Positions 34,431 to 43,630 of a stretch of 64,000 bases of DNA are shown piece by piece (within the stretch, counting starts at the first letter, position 1; every line of letters starts with the position of its first letter). Under the pieces are notes generated by a model. That model worked only from the letters and a program-made list of their open reading frames with translations, was not told where the DNA came from and ran no database searches. Made by a program: the position numbers and the translations under genes. Origin of the DNA: Escherichia coli (GTDB lineage Bacteria; Pseudomonadota; Gammaproteobacteria; Enterobacterales; Enterobacteriaceae); assembly GCF_041886205.1 (NCBI RefSeq), contig NZ_CP169029.1, one strand, 5' to 3'.

Positions 34431-35519
34431 TCACGGCAGGCGGTGGCGGGCTTGATAATAAGCCTGCCAGTGAGCTTCTTTATGTGTGGCGACTCGCTGT
34501 TCGAAGTAACGGCGCAGACGAGCGCGATCTTCTTCGTTATCTTTGACGATGGTTCCGGCAATACAGTCCACCAGATCGGCTGGCTCACCTGCGCGATTCG
34601 CTAAAAACCAGGCGCGGACGCCCACAGCGTGGGCCACGTTCACGGCTTCAGCGGTGGACATAATCGCTGTTAGTGTATCCATTGACGTTTTCTTTTCGCC
34701 GTTGGCACGCAGATCGCGGAAGGTGCGGACCAGTAACTCCAGTACCGCGTCAGGCACTTTATGCGGAATACCGCTATGGGCCAGCAAACGCGCCGAAGCA
34801 CTGGCGACCAGTTCCAGCTCCTGAGCGAAATCCATAATCGGAAAGACAGTTTCAAAATCGAAGCGACGCTTTAGCGCAGCACTCATCTCATTGACGCCGC
34901 GATCGCGCGTATTGGCAGTGGCAATAATATTAAAGCCTTCCCGCGCATAGAGTTGACTGGCTTCACCAGTGAGTTCCGGCACCGTCATCACCCTGTCAGA
35001 AAGCATACCTAACAGACAGTCTTGCACTTCCAGCGGTGTACGCGTTATCTCTTCAAAACGGACGATTTTGCCGTCGCGCATTCCCTGGTAAAGCGGGGCA
35101 GGGACCAGCGCTTCCGTTGATGGACCATGATTGATAAGCAGAGCGTAGTTCCAGCCGTACTTGATTTGATCTTCAGTGGTAAATGCGCCGCCCTGGATGG
35201 TTAACCCGGCATCGCCGCTAATAGCGGTTGCCAGTAATTCAGACAGGAGAGATTTTGCGGTGCCCGGTTCCCCCACCAACATCAAACCGCGCCCGGTGGC
35301 AAGAGTGACTAACATACGTTCGACAGCAGAGGGACTAATCACGACTTTACGGCTAATATTTTGCGCGCTATCGCCAAGGATAAAAGCACGTGCCGCAGGC
35401 AAACTTAACTGCCAACCGGGCGGGCAAGGTGCGTTATCATTTTGTTTTAATTTTGCCAGTTCATCGGCGTATAACACAGCGGCAGGCGGACGCTGCAGAT
35501 GATTATTCTGCGGTGACAT
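34431..35519 (-). CDS. yehL: MoxR-like AAA+ ATPase YehL, 362 aa
   Basis: Walker A GEPGTAKS in LMLVGEPGTAKSLLSELLA; start set at MSPQNNHL. Confidence 0.88.
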   Translation of the reverse strand: MSPQNNHLQRPPAAVLYADELAKLKQNDNAPCPPGWQLSLPAARAFILGDSAQNISRKVVISPSAVERMLVTLATGRGLMLVGEPGTAKSLLSELLATAISGDAGLTIQGGAFTTEDQIKYGWNYALLINHGPSTEALVPAPLYQGMRDGKIVRFEEITRTPLEVQDCLLGMLSDRVMTVPELTGEASQLYAREGFNIIATANTRDRGVNEMSAALKRRFDFETVFPIMDFAQELELVASASARLLAHSGIPHKVPDAVLELLVRTFRDLRANGEKKTSMDTLTAIMSTAEAVNVAHAVGVRAWFLANRAGEPADLVDCIAGTIVKDNEEDRARLRRYFEQRVATHKEAHWQAYYQARHRLP

Positions 35520-35626
35520 ATATTCATCCCTGAAATGTATTAATGAAATAAACGATATTTTACGCGCAATAAATGTTTGGCGCATTAGTTGTTTGAGCGA
35601 AAAATATCTGGAAAGCAGATCACAGT

Positions 35627-35656
35627 AAATAAAAAAACCTGCTGGTGAGGCAGGTT
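35627..35656 (-). terminator. intrinsic terminator downstream of yehK, upstream of yehL
   Basis: Reverse strand reads aacctgc-ctcacca-gcaggtt followed by tttttttatt. Confidence 0.55.
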
Positions 35657-35825
35657 CTTTTATTTACTATTTTCAGGCCTAACACCACAGCCTGTGCAAC
35701 ATCGTGTTCCAACGAACGAATTATAACCACGGCTGGACCCCGTTGCAATTAAGATAATGAGATTTATAATCCAGACCGTTGGGACGTTGCGCCGGATCGG
35801 ACCAATTTGAATTATTTAGAGTATA

Positions 35826-36143
35826 TTATTCTATTTCTTGGTTGAATATATTCTGTAGTTCACGATTAAAAATTGCTATTACAGTTTCAGGTGATTCACC
35901 TCGTAATTTCCGCTCATCAATACACTCATCTCTTATATAAATCAACGCATCATTTATTAGCGGGTCAGCATCTTCTCGATCACGTTGATGAAATGTTGGA
36001 TGTAGCCGGAATCGCTCCAGTCGATAGACGGAACCTGTAAATAATTCAGAGCATTTATGGATCTCAAGTCTGAAGGAAAACGGATCTTCAGGTACAGGGA
36101 CCTCATAATCGTAAATAGCAACCAGCTCTTTTTGCACGATCAT
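35826..36143 (-). CDS. yehK: small uncharacterised protein YehK, 105 aa
   Basis: 105-aa ORF 59 bp downstream of yehI; synteny with K-12 yehK. Confidence 0.75.
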   Translation of the reverse strand: MIVQKELVAIYDYEVPVPEDPFSFRLEIHKCSELFTGSVYRLERFRLHPTFHQRDREDADPLINDALIYIRDECIDERKLRGESPETVIAIFNRELQNIFNQEIE

Positions 36144-36202
36144 CGCTTTCCCGTTGGTAAGTCGTGTTGAAAACGGGCAGTCGCATCACTGCCCGTTGTG
36201 TT

Positions 36203-39200
36203 TTAATGGAAAATGACGTCGGGTGCGCTTAACGCCTCACTCAAATCAAACACATCAAGTGCGGCAAAAGTGACGGATTTATTGTCACGGTACACCCGAA
36301 GAGAACGGAAGCTCATCAGCGCTTTGCTATCAGCACTGTAGTAGTTAAAACCGGGTGAAAACTTAAGGACCAGCCGGTACTCACCTAAGTCATAGACAAA
36401 TGCGTCCTCATAGCCTGACTCCCAGCCTTTGTATCGCATTCCCATAAGCTGCCCAACGGTAGCGGATTTACCTTCCCAGCGAGTCAGGCTGTTACTGGTT
36501 GACTCGTCAGGTGTGAGCAGCACCGTGCGGCGCGACAACTGGCGAAAAGGCGGCATAATTTCGTAATCGGCAAAAAGCTGTGCAAATTCACTGCGCATTT
36601 CTGCTGTCATTTCTAACGGGTGGGCAATGCCAATCAGAGCGTCCGCAGGCAGGTCAATGGGCTCATCTTGTGCATTGCAGAATTCCCCCTCTGCGGCCAC
36701 ACGAAAGGTGTTGAGTAAACGACGTGGTTCATTTGCCGGATAAACCCCCCATATTAATCGCTGGGTAACCAGGCGGGTAAAGGGATGATTAACAAAAAGA
36801 GAATGAAAATCTGCCAGCGACCAGCGTCGGGTGGTGCGTAGGGCAGTTTCAAGACGCGGGAGCAGGTTTTTGCTCACCTGAGTGGCATCTTTTTTTAGCC
36901 CTTTTAGTCGGGCCAGTGCCTCGGGCGCTTTCAGTTGATCGTCATCGGCGCGCAACCGGGGAACACTTTTCTGGCGAACGTTTTGTTGATCGTAGATAAC
37001 CGGGTTGAGGTTTTCATCGAAGCGAACGGTAAACTGCCGGGGACCAAAATCAAAAATCAACGCCTGCGGATCATCAAGACCCAGTGTTGGGACTAATCTG
37101 TCCGCTAACTCTTCCTGGCTTAGCCCGCGATTTTCTGCGACCACCTGAAGAAATTCCGCTGCGTTTTCACGTAATGAAGAGGATTTCGCCCGTTGTGATA
37201 CATGATGCAGCTGTATCAGCGCCATATCATTATTCATCAGGGTGAGTATATTCAGACCACTGACAGCACGGGCAGATTTGCCTTCTTGTGGCCAAGCGAG
37301 GATCTGTGTTGTTAGATCCCGTGCCGTGCTTTCGTCACCAAAGAGACTTAACGCCAGAAATGCCCAGTTGTCTTTTGCGGGGGCACCAGCTTGTTGCCAT
37401 GCGGTGAAGAGATCCCAGGCAAAAGCTGCCAGCGTTTGCGGCTGGCAGAACGTTTTCAGTTGTTCCAGCCCGCTATAAAAACGTCCCCCTTGGGTAAAGC
37501 GCAGCATTTCGCCAATAATTTCCAGAGCGTCATCGGTAACAGGTTGATTATTAGTGATAAGGCGCGGCCTGGACCACATTTGCGGATGCCAGAAATCAGG
37601 GGCTTTTGGAATGCGTGCCGGGTAAATCTCTATTGGACTCTGTTTAAGTAATTGTTCCAGGGCAGGCCATACATCAGCGCGATCCCAGCGGTTTGCCACG
37701 GTTTGTAGTAATACGCCATGTCCCTGTTCGTAAAGTAAACGCAGGGCAAGTAATGCAGCTTCGCTATTATCGCTGGATTTAGTGAAGACAAGAGGGATAA
37801 GTGCAGTAGCCGTATGTTCCGGCCATTGTAAAATCCACTGGCGAGCCAGATCACGCTGCGCCGCGAAACGTCGCCAGACGCGGGCAACAGGCAGCGCCAG
37901 TTCTGTTGCGCCGAAATGAATCAGCAGCGGAAATATCTCTTGTGGATGTCGGGCAAAGGCGGTGTTTAATCCAGGCAAAGCATCGGTAGCCAGCACACTT
38001 AACAGATATTCCACCCCAGTGTAATGAAAATCAGCATCGACAATTTGTTGCCAGCACGATACCGCCATTTCGCGCGGCATCTGCGCGATAAGGTACAGAT
38101 TCCAAATCCCCCAACGCTTTTCATTACCATAGTAAAATTCGTGCTGAAAAGTTCGCCACCCTTCCATCAACGCAATGCAATCTTGTGCCAGTAATGCTTT
38201 GGTGGCTTCTTCACGATACTGTTTAGATTTGGCCTGATGCGCGTGATAAGTACGCAATAGTCCTATTGATGTGTATTCTTGCAGTTGCTGAGCATCAAAG
38301 GCATCCAACTGTCCATTAAGAAGATGCTTATTAAATTCCAGGCTATGAACGTCAAAACCTAATTCCCGCAAGAAGGTATCCGCCCCTCTCTTAGCAATAC
38401 GTTCGTCAAAAGACATGGCGCTAAAATGGTCAATTGCAGTTTGCTGTTCCGGCGTCCAGTGTTTATTCGGCGACCTGTACGTTTGCGGTGCAAGCGTAAG
38501 ATCAGGCAGCGAAAAGTGAGGTATGGAAGTCTTTTTCTTCCTCCCACGCCATGGTGGTGAAACGAGGATTTCAGGCATTTGGCTGTTATCGGTACTATCA
38601 ATAACCGGTTTGGGCGGTGCCAATAAATAACTATTCAGTACTGCCCGGGCTTGAGTACTTAACCACTGCATCACCTCTTCTGCCAGTTGTGGCTGCGATG
38701 CCATCAGCGTTTGTAACAGCGTACGCCAGTATTCATCTCGAGCTTTTTGCTGGGCAGGCAGCTTTTTGTCTTCGATGATTGGATAACCAGGGCGGGCTGG
38801 TGGTTCTTTTAACGCCAACAGTTCTGCCAGTGCCGCGAGCGTCGCGTGGGGGAAGTTTTTACTGTATTTAGCCACACGTTGCAGGCTGGGTTTGTTTTTA
38901 TCAGCCACCAGTAGCAAGGTGCGGATGACCTGCGGATGGTTAATTTGTACCAACAGACTGCCGCAATCTTCTTTATGGGCATACATCGCGAGGCGCGGAA
39001 TGGCTGCCAGTCCTTGTTCGCGCAAAAGGGCGGCGCAGGCCGCGTAGCCGAAGTGGTTTTCATGCGACATGTAGCTGGCTTCGCGATCGCTAAATATATC
39101 CTGACTCCAGTAGTGATCGAGTTTCCTCACCGCTGTGGGGTCATTAGCAACAACTTTTAGCCACTCCTTAGAATGATAATGAGTCCGTGGGCATTCAAGG

Positions 39201-39850
39201 CCTATCAACTCATTGGCGATTTCTGGTTTTTCCGGGAGGATCAGCGCAATAAAAGGGCGGCGAACTTTGGTTATTCCTGGCAGTGCGGCAATGAGTTTGT
39301 CGGCGCAACGCTGCCAGCAGCTTTCCTCTGCCAGAGAGAGATGCTTACGCAGTCGGAGATCGAATTCGTTATAGGTTTCTGATCGATAACCATAGCCATA
39401 GTCCTCGTTCTGATACTGCAATGTCACTACCAGAGGATCACTCTCATAACACCGCGCAATAAACTGGCGTGCAATCACCACCTCAGTCGCATATTCCAGT
39501 CCCTCTTGTTGGACGATTTCGTCGAGCAACTGTTGGCTGTCATTTTGCGCGATACAGGCTAGTGCCGCCATTGTGCGGGCCGGGACTGAGGGTTTGTGTT
39601 CGCCGATCAAGTTGATGGCCTGCGTAATGGCGGACTGCCACTCCAGTGAAAAATTTTCATAACGCCAGACAATGTTTTTTTTCTTCTCAGCTTTTTGTAG
39701 CAATTCATCACCCAGTGTCTGAATGATGCTTTCAGTGATAACAGGCACCGGTTCGCCCGGCCATTTGCGATGACTGAGTGGTGTTTTGCCTTTTTTATAT
39801 TTCAGTTCCAGTTGGGCGTTATCCGCCAGCCACGGTAATTCCTTGTCCAT
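36203..39850 (-). CDS. yehI: giant DUF4132-family protein YehI (MolR paralogue lacking the WGR head), 1215 aa
   Basis: 1215-aa ORF; C-terminal two-thirds alignable by eye to both molR-like genes (e.g. FDFGPRQFTVRFDENLNPV, FAQLFADYEIMPPFRQL). Confidence 0.85.
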   Translation of the reverse strand: MDKELPWLADNAQLELKYKKGKTPLSHRKWPGEPVPVITESIIQTLGDELLQKAEKKKNIVWRYENFSLEWQSAITQAINLIGEHKPSVPARTMAALACIAQNDSQQLLDEIVQQEGLEYATEVVIARQFIARCYESDPLVVTLQYQNEDYGYGYRSETYNEFDLRLRKHLSLAEESCWQRCADKLIAALPGITKVRRPFIALILPEKPEIANELIGLECPRTHYHSKEWLKVVANDPTAVRKLDHYWSQDIFSDREASYMSHENHFGYAACAALLREQGLAAIPRLAMYAHKEDCGSLLVQINHPQVIRTLLLVADKNKPSLQRVAKYSKNFPHATLAALAELLALKEPPARPGYPIIEDKKLPAQQKARDEYWRTLLQTLMASQPQLAEEVMQWLSTQARAVLNSYLLAPPKPVIDSTDNSQMPEILVSPPWRGRKKKTSIPHFSLPDLTLAPQTYRSPNKHWTPEQQTAIDHFSAMSFDERIAKRGADTFLRELGFDVHSLEFNKHLLNGQLDAFDAQQLQEYTSIGLLRTYHAHQAKSKQYREEATKALLAQDCIALMEGWRTFQHEFYYGNEKRWGIWNLYLIAQMPREMAVSCWQQIVDADFHYTGVEYLLSVLATDALPGLNTAFARHPQEIFPLLIHFGATELALPVARVWRRFAAQRDLARQWILQWPEHTATALIPLVFTKSSDNSEAALLALRLLYEQGHGVLLQTVANRWDRADVWPALEQLLKQSPIEIYPARIPKAPDFWHPQMWSRPRLITNNQPVTDDALEIIGEMLRFTQGGRFYSGLEQLKTFCQPQTLAAFAWDLFTAWQQAGAPAKDNWAFLALSLFGDESTARDLTTQILAWPQEGKSARAVSGLNILTLMNNDMALIQLHHVSQRAKSSSLRENAAEFLQVVAENRGLSQEELADRLVPTLGLDDPQALIFDFGPRQFTVRFDENLNPVIYDQQNVRQKSVPRLRADDDQLKAPEALARLKGLKKDATQVSKNLLPRLETALRTTRRWSLADFHSLFVNHPFTRLVTQRLIWGVYPANEPRRLLNTFRVAAEGEFCNAQDEPIDLPADALIGIAHPLEMTAEMRSEFAQLFADYEIMPPFRQLSRRTVLLTPDESTSNSLTRWEGKSATVGQLMGMRYKGWESGYEDAFVYDLGEYRLVLKFSPGFNYYSADSKALMSFRSLRVYRDNKSVTFAALDVFDLSEALSAPDVIFH

Positions 39851-39859
39851 GCTCTTTCC

Positions 39860-42800
39860 TTATTCAAACAGGGCTTCAATATCGTTAATTAGCTCGCTGG
39901 CGGTGATGGCATCGAGTACGGAGAACTGCGCTTCCTGTGTTGAATTACTCCCCCAGCCATAGCTTTCCGCTTTGCCTTCCCATAACCACAGCTTGCTTAA
40001 GAGCTGCTCAGCGCTAAGTTCGGCTGGTGACATACCCACCGCAAAACCTTCGTCGATTTCCATGATTAACGACCAGCGACCCAAAGGTTTGATCATCCAT
40101 CCGATCCAGCCTCCATCCTGTGGTTCGCCCTTTATCCAGCCTTTATTCGCCAGCCCCATGACCCGACCACTCGGGCATTTTCTGCCTGCCCAGCGGGTCA
40201 GTTCACTGGCATTGCGCTCGGCTTCTGTCAGGGCGTAGCTGTTACGGTCGAGCTGGCGGAACGGTGGTAGCAGTTCGTAGTCGGCAAAAAGCTGACCAAA
40301 GGCGGCAGCATCCGTTGGTGATATTTCCAGAACGTGAGGAGTGCCGATAGAGATATCGCCTTCCGGCAGGGTGAAAAGATCATCGTCAGCGGTGCTGTAG
40401 CTGTTATCTTCTGCTACGCGAAAGCAAGCCAGTAGCTGGTTTTCGGCGCTATAAACGCCCCAAATCAGACGGCGGGTTAAGTGACGAACCAGCGGATGCT
40501 CAACCAGGAAGAGCTGGAAGTTTTCCAGCGACCAGCGGCGGCGCAGGCACATGGCGGATTCCAGCCTTGCTACCTGCTGGGCGGCGACGGTACGCGCATC
40601 TTTTTTCAGCAGTTTGTAGCGGTTAACAGCATCGTTCGCCTGTGATTCATCATCGCTTTTGTTTGGTTTGGGCAGGTCTTTCAGACGGCTGCCGGAAGCG
40701 TCACGCACAAACGGTTTTAAGGTTTCATCAAAGCTGACGGTGAACTGGCGTGGGCCGAAATCCAGCAGCAACGAACCGTTATCATCCAGACCGAGATCTG
40801 GTGCTAACCGATCTTCAAGCTCCGCCACCGTGAGTTCGCGGCTCTCGGCAATATCGGCAATTTTCTCTTTTGCCCGCTCCTGTAAAGCTTTGAATTTCAG
40901 TTTCTGAGCAATGCCGTTAAGCTGCATCAGAGCAATATCACTACCGATAGCGGCGAGGATATCAAGCCCGACGGTGGCGCGTTTATGCTGGGATTCGCCA
41001 GGCCAGGCGCGGATTAATGGCGTCAGTTTGCGGGCGGTGTCATCGTTACCGAGAACGCCTAACGCAGTGAACGCCCAACTCTCTTTCGACGGCGCGCCAG
41101 CGGTCTGCCAGGCGGTAAACAGATCCCAGGCAAATTCAGCCAGTGAGTCGGCGGTACAGGCGTCTTTCACCTGTAATATTCCCGGATACAGAACCTCTTC
41201 CTGAGGGAAGCGGAGCATTTCACCGAGGTGGAGGAGGGCTCTATCTGGCAGTGATTGGGCGTTTGCTTTTAATACCGGGCGCGTCCAGAGCGATGGTTGA
41301 TAAAAGGCCGGAAGAGTGGGGATTTTTGTCGGGTGATTATCTAAGGGATCGAGCGCAAGCAGAGCGTTCACCGCATCGGTTACTTCCGGCTGGTTATAAC
41401 GTCGGGCGATTTCTTGCAGTAATGGCTGATGACCGTTTTCGGTAAGCATACGCAAGGCAGCGCGGGCGTTATCCTGTGCTTCACCGGCTTTGCCGAGCGC
41501 CGCAGGCAGCAGGCCGGTAAGGGCATGTTCCGGGTATTTCAACAGCCAGCTACGGGCGTTTTCGCGTAGCGTTTTGAGTTTGTTGAAGGCACGGGCAATC
41601 AGTGGCGCTAATTCGATAGCCGCAAAATATTGTGCTACAGGCAGCGCTTCTTGCGGATAGCGAGATGCTGAGTGGATAAAACCTGTTAAACCAGCAAGTC
41701 GAAGATGCAACATTACTTGTGTTGCACCTGTATGTGGTTCTTTACTAAGGATGTTCCACATCTCGATAGCTTTATTAATGGGTAAAACATGGAGTGAAGA
41801 AAGATTCCATTCGCCCTGATAAGGGGAGTTATAGGACTTAAAAGCATCAATCAGCGCTGAATAATCTTCACGCTGCAAGGCATCCAGTGCTATTTCTGGA
41901 ACATCAATATAGCCTCTATGTTTGTTCCAATCCCAGCGGTTGAATCCCAGGGAGGTCAGAAAAGCTTTTTCTCCCTCAGCTTGCTGATGAGGTTGCCAGT
42001 TATGCTGCACTTGCAGTGTTTTGCTTTTTGTTTCATTTATTGTACAGAAGGATTCTAGGGATAATGGTGCTAAATCCAGCACCGAAATCGTCGATTTTTT
42101 CTTTTTAGCCAGCCAGGGCGGTGAGACTAATACGGCAGGCAGCATATCAGCGTTCGCATAAACTGAAGGTTGTGTCAGTTGTTGCTGGCATGACTTAAGA
42201 ACGGTAACTGCCGGGGCAGATAGCCAGGAGATTACCCGTTCTGCTAATGTTGGTTGTGAGATAAGCATTGTCATTAGCATCATGCGCCAGCGCTTTTCAT
42301 CTTTTTTTGCCAGAAGTTCTGCTAATGCCGCCAGCGCTGCATGTGGAAAGCGAACGAAAGCCTTTGTCATGCGATCGTGGCAACGCTTTCCCTGCTCGCT
42401 TGCATGGATAAGTAGTGTAAGTGCCTGCGGGTGGTTGATATGCATCAACACTTCACCACATGTGTCACCAGCAGCGTAAGGAGCAAAACGGGCCAGCGCA
42501 GCGACACCTTGCTCCTTGAGTATCGTTGCGCACCAGATTTTACCTCCGTAATAATCATCAAATACCTGCCCAGGCTGTCCTGGATAGTATTTTCCCAGTT
42601 CTGCCAATACCTGCTCGTCAGCGGCCGTCAGTTTTAGCCATTCCAGCGCATATAACCCTTTTTGTCCGCAAAGATGTCTGGCAATCTCATGAGCTATTTC
42701 TGGTTTTTCCGGCAACAATAGTGCAACCAGCGGCTGGTGCCAGGTGGGCATGTTTCCGAGAGCGGCAATCAGTTTGTCGGCGCAGCGCTGCCATACATCG

Positions 42801-43618
42801 TCATTTGCAAGTGAGAGATGCTTACGCAGGCGCATTTCAACCGAAGCGAAGCGTAACAGATAGCCAGGCTGCCTGTTATCCGGGGTAACCGTAATGAGAT
42901 GGGCATCATAATCCCAGTCGAAGCGGATGAATTGCAATGCAATGACAACCTCAGTGGCATATTCCAGACCACCTTCCTGGACAATTTGATCCATTAACTC
43001 TTCATGATCGTTACGATTGAAGCCTTGTTCCAGCGCAACCAGTACCGCCAGTACCATCGGAGGTAGCGTGGTGCTAATTGGCGAGTCGATAAGGCCTACT
43101 GCTTGTGTAATTGCCTGCTGCCAGTCGAGTGAACAGGTACTGTAATCGAAGGTGAGCACCTTTTTAAAACGCCGGTGAGTATTCGCGGCAACGGTGCGTA
43201 GCAGGGTTAATTCATCCTCCTGCTGCACCGGATCGCCAGGCCAGCGTCGATGACTGAGTGTGGTTGGCGCAATCTCTGTCGGTAACATGATTTGGGCACC
43301 GTCTGCCAGCCAGGGGAGGAGGTCACCAGCAAATGCTGGTTTGTCTTGTGGCAAAGGGGTAATTTCAGGGCATTCAATAACCTGGCCGGGTGCAAATGTC
43401 GCTGTCATCACGGATACTTCTTCTACGTAGCCCTTTTTTGTTTTCTCCGCAATCAGCTTCAGCTCCGCTTTTTCCGCCGCCGCAGCATCTGCAAAGCTTT
43501 TTACCTGACTTTGCCCGTTACTGCCGACTTTACCCCAGTTAATATGCAGCTCGTTTCCCTGCTGCTCCACCGCCCAGAATTTATGTGATTTTTCGTCCTG
43601 ATAAATATAGGTTTTCAT
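39860..43618 (-). CDS. molR: intact MolR/YehH-family protein, N-terminal WGR domain plus DUF4132, 1252 aa
   Basis: N-terminus MKTYIYQDEKSHKFWAVEQQGNELHINWGKVGSNGQSQVKSF is a WGR-domain signature; uninterrupted 1252-aa frame; 9-bp gap to yehI. Confidence 0.8.
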   Translation of the reverse strand: MKTYIYQDEKSHKFWAVEQQGNELHINWGKVGSNGQSQVKSFADAAAAEKAELKLIAEKTKKGYVEEVSVMTATFAPGQVIECPEITPLPQDKPAFAGDLLPWLADGAQIMLPTEIAPTTLSHRRWPGDPVQQEDELTLLRTVAANTHRRFKKVLTFDYSTCSLDWQQAITQAVGLIDSPISTTLPPMVLAVLVALEQGFNRNDHEELMDQIVQEGGLEYATEVVIALQFIRFDWDYDAHLITVTPDNRQPGYLLRFASVEMRLRKHLSLANDDVWQRCADKLIAALGNMPTWHQPLVALLLPEKPEIAHEIARHLCGQKGLYALEWLKLTAADEQVLAELGKYYPGQPGQVFDDYYGGKIWCATILKEQGVAALARFAPYAAGDTCGEVLMHINHPQALTLLIHASEQGKRCHDRMTKAFVRFPHAALAALAELLAKKDEKRWRMMLMTMLISQPTLAERVISWLSAPAVTVLKSCQQQLTQPSVYANADMLPAVLVSPPWLAKKKKSTISVLDLAPLSLESFCTINETKSKTLQVQHNWQPHQQAEGEKAFLTSLGFNRWDWNKHRGYIDVPEIALDALQREDYSALIDAFKSYNSPYQGEWNLSSLHVLPINKAIEMWNILSKEPHTGATQVMLHLRLAGLTGFIHSASRYPQEALPVAQYFAAIELAPLIARAFNKLKTLRENARSWLLKYPEHALTGLLPAALGKAGEAQDNARAALRMLTENGHQPLLQEIARRYNQPEVTDAVNALLALDPLDNHPTKIPTLPAFYQPSLWTRPVLKANAQSLPDRALLHLGEMLRFPQEEVLYPGILQVKDACTADSLAEFAWDLFTAWQTAGAPSKESWAFTALGVLGNDDTARKLTPLIRAWPGESQHKRATVGLDILAAIGSDIALMQLNGIAQKLKFKALQERAKEKIADIAESRELTVAELEDRLAPDLGLDDNGSLLLDFGPRQFTVSFDETLKPFVRDASGSRLKDLPKPNKSDDESQANDAVNRYKLLKKDARTVAAQQVARLESAMCLRRRWSLENFQLFLVEHPLVRHLTRRLIWGVYSAENQLLACFRVAEDNSYSTADDDLFTLPEGDISIGTPHVLEISPTDAAAFGQLFADYELLPPFRQLDRNSYALTEAERNASELTRWAGRKCPSGRVMGLANKGWIKGEPQDGGWIGWMIKPLGRWSLIMEIDEGFAVGMSPAELSAEQLLSKLWLWEGKAESYGWGSNSTQEAQFSVLDAITASELINDIEALFE

Positions 43619-43630
43619 TGCTAAATCCTT

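Noticed and set aside
40659-40907. Paired antisense ORFs (40659..40907 and 44400..44618) with near-identical translations inside the two molR-like genes
   Set aside because: Their similarity is a by-product of sense-strand identity between the paralogues, not evidence of an antisense gene; used only as support for gene conversion
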